Positions 49,855 through 60,700 of a stretch of DNA of 64,000 nt are shown here, in pieces. Source of the stretch: Macrostomum lignano (lineage: Eukaryota); NCBI GenBank assembly GCA_002269645.1, contig NIVC01000807.1:186001-250000 (forward strand), written 5' to 3'. Position numbers and translations under genes: made by a program. The notes under the pieces were generated by a model. It worked only from the letters and a program-made list of their open reading frames with translations, was not told where the DNA came from and ran no database searches. The first letter of the stretch is position 1, and every line of letters starts with the position of its first letter.

Positions 49855-51063
49855 GTTGGTTTTAGCTTATATAATTGAATCGAAATTTTTATCGAGTGGC
49901 ACCGATTTTCGCTGACAGAGAACCACCAGTCACGTAGAGTTCAATAAAATATTTCAAAATATGTACTCTGCGTTTATCTATATTGTTTTTGAACGCACTT
50001 TTAAAAAAAGTATACATTTCTATGAGTATATATAGTATTTTGATTTTTTTAAACTTAGCCAAAGCTACTAATAGTAGAACAAAATGCGCGTATCGACTGA
50101 CAATTTCAGTTCAAATTGGCCAGCTACTAATAGTAGATAGAATAATGTCAAAATAAATAAGAACCGGTAAATTAAGTGAGGTGCTTGCAAAATAGATCCA
50201 TTCCGTTTATTTCCGAAAAAGAAATTCTTGAATTCGCAAAAATTATTCGCAAAGAAGAAAACATTTTCTGTAGAATTGATAAAAACAATTTAAGAAAACA
50301 GCTGGTACAGTTGCTAGGGTTCTCCGCAAAACAGTTGTCGTAAATTTCAAGAATATTAACAAATCTTTACGATCTGAAACGGCGCTATCGAATTCCGATT
50401 CTGAAATCTAAATTTAATTTAAATTTAATTCAATTTAAAAAGATAAAAAAATATTCCGATTTCTCGTACAAGGATAAAAACGCAATTTATACTACTTGCA
50501 TTCAGTCAGTAAATAAGTAGTTCACCCGGAGGAAAAACCGGACCAGTCGGGCAAACGCGGCGAATTAACCAATCAGATTTGAATGCGGAACTGTCACGAT
50601 TCTCAATTAGAATTTTTACTCAGAAAATAAAGTTGCATCAATTGCATAAAAATTGCGTAAGATTGTGCGCCAATTGTACTTTTAGTAATCTGTGGAAAAA
50701 TACCATTTTGCTGTGGATAAAAGAATTACGCGAAAAAAGGAAAGTTTAAAAGATTTGTGCAATGGAATACGAGCATACAAAAAGCTAGCTAGTGACAGAC
50801 CATCTAGGAGATTATAAATTAGTCAACTTGTAAACTGTTTTAGTAACTTGTTTTTTTGCCTCATTGTCTAGGCATATTGATTGCTTGCGAATTGCTGAAG
50901 GATTTTGCGAAGAGACGCCAGATTTTACCATAGACAAAGGCTGTGAACCAATGAAAACGCAGTTAGATTTGCCATATTTATCCAGCAAAACTCTAAGCAT
51001 GACACTTTGATCCGATTCTTTGGAATGCGAACTTACGAGTTGAGCTCGGACCCAGGGGACAGC

Positions 51064-51713
51064 TCAGACCAGATCGCTGCGCCGCTCGCCCCGAGCTCGC
51101 TGCGGCGGCGCCTGCGGCTGCTCTCTTGTCGGATGCGGCGGCTGCGGCTGAGGTGTTGAAGCTTCCGGTGACCCGTCGTACACGTAAACAGAGCCGCCGT
51201 CACCTTCGGCAGATCTCTGCCGCTCCTGCTCGTTGTCGTCCTCCTGGTTCCAGTTGAATGACACCTTCTTGACGGCGCCGATTGTCTTCTTGGTGAACGC
51301 GGCCGCGGCGGCATTGGCGGCGGCGGTGTCGGAGTTGGCGGTGCCGGACCGCTGGTAGCCGGGCAGCTGGGCCGGGTCCAGGGCCAGCTCCGCCTGCTGC
51401 TGCTGTTGTCGCCGCTCCGGCGGGCTGGCCTGGGCCCCGCTGGACTGGAAGCTCTCCGAGCTGTCCTGCGAGCTCAGCGGCGGTAGCCGGCGTCGCGGCG
51501 GAGTCGTCGGCGTCCTGGCGCCGGCCTGCCGACCGGCCAGCGGCCAGCCGTTGACGCTGCCGTTGAGACTGTCTGATTCCTCCTCGCTGATGGTGTCGAA
51601 CCGGCCAATGCTGCCACCCTCCTGCTGCTGCTGCTGCTGGTCTTCGCCGCCGGGGAATCGGCCGTAGCGCCGGCTCTGCATCGACCGCTTGCTGCCGCGG
51701 CGCCGCAGCTTGG
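51064..51713 (-). CDS. TRPC: TRPC putative last exon (low-complexity tail ending RRSDLV*)
   Basis: cttcccag|CC, phase 1 matches the upstream donor; GC-rich open frame to TGA. Confidence 0.7.
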
Positions 51714-54700
51714 CTGGGAAGAGTCGCCATGGTGAGATTTTTTTCAACCGACGGGGTAATTTCATCCCATCCCGCACGAGAGCGCACACCTGCACAAATA
51801 CTTTGGCCAGTGCTCCCTAAGCTACATGTTCCCTAAGCTACATGTTCCCTAAGCTACATGTTCCCTAAGCTACATGTTCCCTAAGCTACATGTTCCGTAA
51901 GCTACATGTTCCCTAAGCTGCATGTTCCCTAAGCTGCATGTTCCCTAAGCTACATGTTCCCTAAGCTGCATGTTCCCTAAGCTGCATGTTCCCTAAGCTG
52001 CATGTTCCCTAAGCTGCATGTTCCCTAAGCTGCATGTTCCCTAAGCTGCATGTTCCCTAAGCTGCATGTTCCCTAAGCTGCATGTTCCCTAAGCTGCATG
52101 TTCCCTAAGCTACATACATGTTTCCTGAGCTTTATAAGCTTCATGTTGACTGAGATAGATTTCCTAAAGTGGCTTTTTGGTACTAGTGGAATCGGGTCAG
52201 GAAATTATTGATATGCTTTGCACGTGGACTGATTTATGTTCCCGTTTCTCTTTTACTCTAGCCAGCCACTTTGTTTCCCAGCGCTACGGTCAGCCCGACC
52301 CCTTACTGGACCGCTGCTGCATGTGGGCGGGCGTTCGCATGCCGTTGGTTCGGAAAATCTCCAACAATTCGAAGCGAAACGCCGATATGTCGCCTTTGAT
52401 CTCGTTCAAGTCATCCTCTGTGACGCCCTGCTTGTCGTCCGACTTCTGACGGACCATCAAGTAGCGCTTGATAAGGTCGCGCATCACCGACTGAGGGTTA
52501 GGGTTAGGATTTCCGTTTAGTTTTAATGTGGGACGACATCAACAAGCAAACAGGCTTCTTCACCTGGTACCGAGCCTCCTTCTCGTTTACTTTCTTCACC
52601 ACTTTCTGCAACAGGAGAGATAAGCCACTTCTCAATTGCAAACATGATACAAAATTCGCTTAGATAAAATCTTGCAGAGTCTTACCCGGATGCTCTGCCA
52701 CTTGCTGCGCTGGTGCCGCTTAGAGCAGGAGCAGACCTTATCCTTGAGCCAGGCCATCGCGTACAGGAAAGACTTCGGGCTCGGGATGATGTTGAATGGC
52801 GTCGGCAGGGTGCCGCCTTCGTCAAAGTAGCTGATCCACAGCTTGCCGCGGGCGAACTTCCACTCCGTGTCTGCCTGGGCCTGCAGATGTGAAAAATCAG
52901 TTTTTTATTTTATATCGCCGCTCTACTTTGAGTAGCAGGCACTGAATATTAGAAACGTACCACAATCTCTTCAAAGCTGCAGTTCATCATGGCAATCAAC
53001 ATGTTGAGCAGGACGATGAATGTTATTGCAGAGAAGGCGCCGTACATGAGCTTGCCTGCGGGAGAGTGACGGCTGAGACTGGCTCTCGGGCTGCTGGGAG
53101 AGTGACGGCTGAGACTGCTTCTCGGCTTGGAGAGTGATGGGTGAGACTGACTCTCGGGCTGGGAGAGTGACGGGTGAGACTGACTCTCGGACTGTGAGAG
53201 TGACGGCTGAGACTGCTTCTCGGCTTGGAGAGTGATGGGTGAGACTGACTCTCGGACTGTGAGAGTGATGGGTGAGACTGACTCTCGGGCTGGGAGAGTG
53301 ACGGGTGAGACTGACTCTCGGGCTGGGAGAGTGACGGGTGAGACTGACTCTCGGACTGTGAGAGTGACGGCTGAGACTGCTTCTCGGCTTGGAGAGTGAT
53401 GGGTGAGACTGACTCTCGGACTGTGAGAGTGATGGGTGAGACTGACTCTCGGGCTGTGAGAGTGACGGGTGAGACTGACTCTCGGACTGTGAGAGTGACG
53501 GGTGAGACTGACTCTCGGACTGTGAGAGTGACGGGTGAGACTGACTCTCGGCTGGAGAGTGACGGCTGAGACTGACTCTCGGCTGGAGAGTGACGGGTGA
53601 GACTGACTCTCGGACTGTGAGAGTGACGGCTGAGACTGCTTCTCGGCTTGGAGAGTGATGGGTGAGACTGACTCTCGGACTGTGAGAGTGATGGGTGAGA
53701 CTGACTCTCGGGCTGGGAGAGTGACGGGTGAGACTGACTCTCGGGCTGGGAGAGTGACGGGTGAGACTGACTCTCGGACTGTGAGAGTGACGGGTGAGAC
53801 TGACTCTCGGGCTGGGAGAGTGACGGCTGAGACTGACTCTCGGACTGTGAGAGTGACGGGTGAGACTGACTCTCGGACTGTGAGAGTGACGGGTGAGACT
53901 GACTCTCGGACTGTGAGAGTGACGGGTGAGACTGACTCTCGGGCTGGGAGAGTGACGGCTGAGACTGACTCTCGGGCTGGGAGAGTGACGGCTGAGACTG
54001 ACTCTCGGACTGTGAGTGAGAGTAAACAATTAAAATATATTCATTTACGCGTCAGAAGATATTTTTAATGGATTTTACCTAACTACCTTCCCCCTGAAAC
54101 GTTATTAATTAATTATGGTGCCAGATGCGAAAATGAAAGTGATAGGAGGCTCTCAACGTTGTCAAATGATGATAAATCAACCAGTCCATTAAATAGCCGA
54201 CCATTACCAATGAATTCCGTGAACGAGTGCTCGTACTCGAGGTCGGTGTTGCTCAAATCTATCAGGCCGTAGGCTGACCAGTAGAGGGACTGGGTGATCT
54301 CAAACAGACTGTGGGGTTTGCAGGTTGCCATTGGTTATCGAGTAAAACGACATAATGGAAAATGTAGGCGGATCTCTGCAGTACTCAGAGTGCTACAGTT
54401 TTATTGTCGTTTGCGCTTCAAACCTACTTGCACTTTACGGTAGAATTCATATGAGATTATATTGGCAGCCTCTGACTTTCTGACATGGCTCATACGTATT
54501 TTAGTTAGCTGTTTTGCTAGAATAAATTGCATACCCATATGCATAAAAGCAACCCTATTTAGTATATTGGACTAGCAATCTGCGCCCCCCGTTGGGGAGG
54601 CAACAAAAAAGAAATAAAAATGTTTGAATAAACTACACGTAGGTTATGATCTTGTACAGTTATCATTTTTTGCATTTTAAGAGGAAAATAATTTTCTAAA

Positions 54701-57700
54701 GCAGAAAAGCACTGCTCTGGTAGCCAGCTATCTAGACTAAGATATCAGATCCCTATGAGCTTTGGCTCATGGTATCTGAGCAATCCCCAATGAGCCAAGC
54801 ATTTCGGCGATTTCCCATGAGCCTTGACATCTTAGCAATTCCTCCATGAGCCTTGAGCCACAGCATTTCAGCAATTCCCCCATGAGCCTTTGAAATCTTA
54901 GCAATTCCCCCATGAGCCATGAAAACTCGTAATTCAACCCCATATGAGCCTGGACATCTTAGCAGAAACCCAATGAGTTTTTATGGTTCACATGGCGATT
55001 CTTTTATTTTTTTCTTTCGTTAAGTCTGTTAATCCTAAAGTTTTCCGTTAAAGCTTTTAATGCAAAATTACGCTATCAAAATTCGAACCCAGATTGCTGC
55101 ATTAGCAGTTCAGTCTCTTCACATCGATGACATGAATTTTAGCACTTATAATTCAATACTCACATCAAGTCGGTTAGAGTGATGACGCAATTGATTTCTC
55201 TGTTCTTTTCTCTTTCCCTCTAGTCTCTCCCTCATCTAGTCTCTCCCTCATCTAGTCTCTCCCTCATCTAGTCTCTCCCTCATCTAGTCTCTCCCTCATC
55301 TAGTCTCTCCCTCATCTAGTCTCTCCCTCATCTAGTCTCTCCCTCATCTAGTCTCTCCCTCATCTAGTCTCTACCTCATCTAGTCTCTCCCTCATCTAGT
55401 CTCTCCCTCATCTAGTCTCTACCTCATCTAGTCTCTCCCTCATCTAGTCTCTCCCTCATCTAGTCTCTCTCATCTAGTCTGTCTCATCTAGTTTTTCCTC
55501 ATCCACTTCAGCCTCGCTCCCTCATCAGCTCTCGCTATTTACTTCAACCCACTACCAGCATGTACATGTATGTTTGGCATTGTCATGTTTAGATAGCGCT
55601 GAAGCGAACTCAAGCGGAACAGCAAATAAACCCAAAACTGTACTTTACTCACAGTCGTCCATCTCTCTCATTTTGCACTGCTTATTTGCACTTCTCTCAT
55701 CTTACTTTACTGTCAATTTTAGCTTTCAAAAATTGTCTGTCTGTGCAGTCTCTGCATTTGAAAATACTTCAGTTGCCAGTGTCCATCAAAGAAAGACTCA
55801 CTTGGAAAAGGTCCGTCCCCTTGTCACGCAGTAGCTGTACTTGTCCAAGTCGGTTCCCGTGATGCCGAAGTAGAATTTGTTATCCTGACAATACTTATTC
55901 CTCTGATAGGCGTAGAACCAGTAGAGCTGGTTGAAGCCGCAAGCAAACGAGCAGATCACTAGCACCACAACGAACAGGAATTTCAGAATATCATTTAGCA
56001 TCCGGCCTAGCGAGATCTGCAGCGGACCCAGGTGAGGATTAATAGTAAAGATGTTAACCAGTTTCAGCATTGAGAAGATGTTCGCTATGGCAAATAGGCA
56101 CTCCGAGATCAGAGTTGGGTCGTACGCGTCCCAGTACTTGCGGTGTAGGCTGCGCAGCTCCGAGTTCTGGTGCACCTGGATGAATTGGAAGGTTGGCATT
56201 TTGGCGACGTTGTGGTGAAGGAGAGCCCTATTGATGTACTGCCCTACTGCCCTTACTCCTGTAGCTGGCGGTTGCCCTACTTCTGTAGCTGACGGTTGCC
56301 CTTCTTCTGTAGCTGGCGGTTGCCCCACTTCTGTAGCTAACGGTTGCCCTACTTCTGTTCCCCAACTTCTATAGCTGACGGTTGCCATACTTCTGTAGCT
56401 GACGGTTGCCCTACTTCTGTAGCTGACGGTTGCCCTACTTCTGTTGCCCAACTTCTATAGCTGACGGTTGCCATACTTCTGTAGCTGACGGTTGCCATAC
56501 TTCTGTAGCTGACGGTTGCCCTACTTCTGTAGCTGACGGTTGCCCTACTTCTGAAGCTGACGGTTGCTCTACTCCTGTAGCTGACGGTTGCCATACTTCT
56601 GTAGCTGACGGTTTCCCTACTTCTGTAGCTGACGGTTGCCCTACTTCTGTAGCTGACGGTTGCCCTACTTCTGTAGCTGACGGTTTCCCTGCCATTGCTG
56701 CTGAAAACTACAGATCTTAATAATTTTAAACTTTTTTTTTCAAATTTTTCAGCTGTAAAGTTACTAGCACTGACCTGGGAACACGAAACACGAGGCTTTC
56801 CAAAAACATTTTAGTCTGAATTTTTTAAAAGTAGTTAAAAGTTTTTACTATCTACGCTTGTAATAGCTATCAGGCTGTATCATTGCGGGAAAAAACAGCT
56901 TTTAAGACAGCTTCGGATAGCACAGTCGATGGGTATAGCTCGTAAAGGCTAGTTTGCACTGAAGGGTAAATGCGGCACTTAGCACTGTCAACACAGACAA
57001 AGCAGCTATCGGGTGAGATGTGCATGCACGCAGGCGGAACTGAGAGTCGAGTTCCAGTTTCAATATTTGTTTGATTTTGACGAATCGAAGTGAGAGGCGA
57101 AGAATCGGCCATCCAGTATTTAGTTTGACAGCTCCGCCATTCACAATAAAAGTGCACAAGTACTTAATCTCCTCACCTAGACGAAATAAGAGCGTAGGAT
57201 AAAAGCTGCTGCTGAAAGCTTTACTTCTGTAAGCATAGGAACATAACTTAATGCAGATGGCGAATATGCTGGTACCTCCAGCAACGACTATGAGATTGTC
57301 TCCCAATTACCTAATCCGTGATTAATTGCGCTATGGACAGCTAGTCCGCGCCCACGCATGGGCCACTTTTGCTCTGCAAGGAAATTTCTCACTCAGTGAC
57401 AGCAAGGCTTACTGTTGCTTCTCCGAGCCAAAAACCTGGAAACTGACACGCTCCTGACAACCCAAGATAGCTCGCATTCTCCTTTGGCTTCTTGTTTTAT
57501 AGGCATCAACTGACGAAAACTTGCGACAATTTGCCCAGAGTTATCTTAAATCGATCCACAAAAAACTTTTCCTTGCATAAATAATGTTAGCAAAAATAAA
57601 GCTGCATGCTCCCTAAACTGCATGTTCCCTAAGCTGCATGTTCCCTAAGCTACATGTTCTCTAAGCTGCATGTTCCGTAAGCTACATGTTCCCTAAGCTG

Positions 57701-60700
57701 CATTTTCCCTAAGCTACATGTTCCCTAAGCTACATGTTCCCTAAGCTACATGTTCCCTAAGCTACATGTTCTCTAAGCTGCATGTTCCCTAAGCTACATG
57801 TTCCGTAAGCTACATGTTCCCTAAGCTACATGTTCCCTAAGCTGCATGTTCCCTAAGCTGCATGTTCCCTAAGCTACATGTTCCGTAAGCTACATGTTCT
57901 CTAAGCTGCATGTTCCCTAAGCTACATGTTCCGTAAGCTACATGTTTTTTAGCTGCATGTTCCCTAAGCTACATATTCCCTAAGCTACATGTTCCCTAAG
58001 CTACATGTTCTCAAAACTACATGTTCCCTAAGCTACATGTTCCCTAAGCTACATGTTCCCTAAGCTACATGTTCTCTAAGCTACATGTTCCCTAAGCTAC
58101 ATGTTCCCTAAGCTACATGTTCCCTAAGCTACATGTTCTCTAAGCTACATGTTCCCTAAGCTACATGTTCCCTAAGCTACATGTTCCCTAAGCTACATGT
58201 TCCCTAAGCTACATGTTCTCTAAGCTACATGTTCCCTAAGCTACATGTTCCCTAAGCTACATGTTCCCTAAGCTACATGTTCCGTAAGCTACATGTTCCC
58301 TAAGCTACATGTTCCCTAAGCTGCATGTTCCCTAAGCTGCATGTTCCCTAAGCTACATGTTCCGTAAGCTACATGTTCTCTAAGCTGCATGTTCCCTAAG
58401 CTACATGTTCCGTAAGCTACATGTTTTTTAGCTGCATGTTCCCTAAGCTACATATTCCCTAAGCTACATGTTCCCTAAGCTACATGTTCCCTAAGCTACA
58501 TGTTCCGTAAGCTACATGTTCCCTAAGCTACATGTTCCCTAAGCTACATGTTCTCTAAACTACATGTTCCCTAAGCTACATGTTCCCTAAGCTACATGTT
58601 CCCTAAGCTACATGTTCTCTAAGCTACATGTTCCGTAAGCTACATGTTCCCTAAGCTGCATGTTCCCTAAGCTACATGTTCCCTAAGCTACATGTTTTCT
58701 AAGCTACATGTTCCCTAAGCTACATGTTCCCTAAGCTACATGTTCCCTAAGCTACATGTTCCGTAAGCTACATGTTCCCTAAGCTACATGTTCCCTAAGC
58801 TGCATGTTCCCTAAGCTGCATGTTCCCTAAGCTACATGTTCCGTAAGCTACATGTTCTCTAAGCTGCATGTTCCCTAAGCTACATGTTCCGTAAGCTACA
58901 TGTTTTTTAGCTGCATGTTCCCTAAGCTACATATTCTCTAAGCTACATGTTCCCTAAGCTACATGTTCTCTAAGCTACATGTTCCCTAAGCTACATGTTC
59001 CGTAAGCTACATGTTCCCTAAGCTACATGTTCCCTAAGCTGCATGTTCCCTAAGCTGCATGTTCCCTAAGCTACATGTTCCGTAAGCTACATGTTCTCTA
59101 AGCTACATGTTCCCTAAGCTACATGTTCCCTAAGCTACATGTTCCCTAAGCTACATGTTCCCTAAGCTACATGTTCCCTAAGCTACATGTTCCGTAAGCT
59201 ACATGTTCCCTAAGCTACATGTTCCCTAAGCTGCATGTTCCCTAAGCTGCATGTTCCCTAAGCTACATGTTCCGTAAGCTACATGTTCTCTAAGCTGCAT
59301 GTTCCCTAAGCTACATGTTCCGTAAGCTACATGTTTTTTAGCTGCATGTTCCCTAAGCTACATATTCCCTAAGCTACATGTTCCCTAAGCTACATGTTCT
59401 CAAAACTACATGTTCCCTAAGCTACATGTTCCCTAAGCTACATGTTCCCTAAGCTACATGTTCTCTAAGCTACATGTTCCCTAAGCTACATGTTCCCTAA
59501 GCTACATGTTCCCTAAGCTACATGTTCTCTAAGCTACATGTTCCCTAAGCTACATGTTCCCTAAGCTACATGTTCCCTAAGCTACATGTTCCCTAAGCTA
59601 CATGTTCCCTAAGCTACATGTTCCGTAAGCTAAATGTGGCCTAAGCTAAATGTTCCCTAAGTTCCGTAGGCTACATGTTCCATAAGCTACATGTTCCCTA
59701 AGCTACATGTTCCCTAAGCTACATGTTCCCTAGGCTACATGTTCTCTAAGCTACATGTTCCCTAAGCTACATGTTCCCTAAGCTACATGTTCCCTAAGCT
59801 ACATGTTCCCTAAGCTACATGTTCCCTAAGCTACATGTTCCGTAAGCTAAATGTGGCCTAAGCTAAATGTTCCCTAAGTTCCGTAGGCTACATGTTCCAT
59901 AAGCTACATGTTCCCTAAGCTACATGTTCCCTAAGCTACATGTTCCGTAAGCTACATGTTTCCTAAGTTACATGCTTCCAAAGCTGCATGCTCCCGGATT
60001 TCCTGAGCACTCACCCTATAATAAGATACTCCTCGCAGTGTGATGGTGGCCACGTACAGAGCATTGGTGATGAAATCCAGCAGGTTCCACATGTCAGTCA
60101 CGTACGCTTTGATGCCCTCGCCCCAGAGCTGTTTGATCTCCTGCCAGACAAAGCCTGTGGGTGGCAATTAGCAGAGTTTGATAAGAAAATTTCTGATAGA
60201 TAAATACAGTAGGTGGACAGGTGAGAGTGTGGAGAGGTGAGAGAGTAGGCGGAGATGGGTAGACAGGTAAGAGAGTAGACAGGGGAGACAGTAAACAGGT
60301 GAGAGTAGATAGGTGAGAGAATAGACAGGTGCATGTGGGCGTTTAAATGATTAGGCATGTATATAAAATCAATGAATGGTAGTAATTCGTAGATGATCAA
60401 TTGTTAAAGTCTGGTATTAGGTTGTAAATCACCGCTACATAGCAACCATCATAGCGTGTTACGATTAAGCAGTTAGGAGAGAAGCAATAAAACGATGGCA
60501 TTTGCTTGCCGCAACTACGGGAAGCCAAAGGTAGATTATCTTTGAGGCAGGGGCCTCACAGCCGGATATGGGGGAAAGCGAGGCAGTTGGGGGAAAATGG
60601 GAATTGGAATTCGATTCAAATCTGCCACGCCCAGACATGAATGCCAAATTGGGGCCAGCTAGCTCGGGGAGAACCGAGCTTCAATTTAAACCCCCCCTCT

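Noticed and set aside
52494-52507. (TTAGGG)2 telomere-like motif at a TRPC acceptor
   Set aside because: Only two copies, serving as the pyrimidine tract on the minus strand. The (TTAG)n array at 15282 is also not telomeric.
52971-54068. 352-aa and 137-aa repeat ORFs
   Set aside because: 33-bp intronic array; not in frame with the S6 exon.
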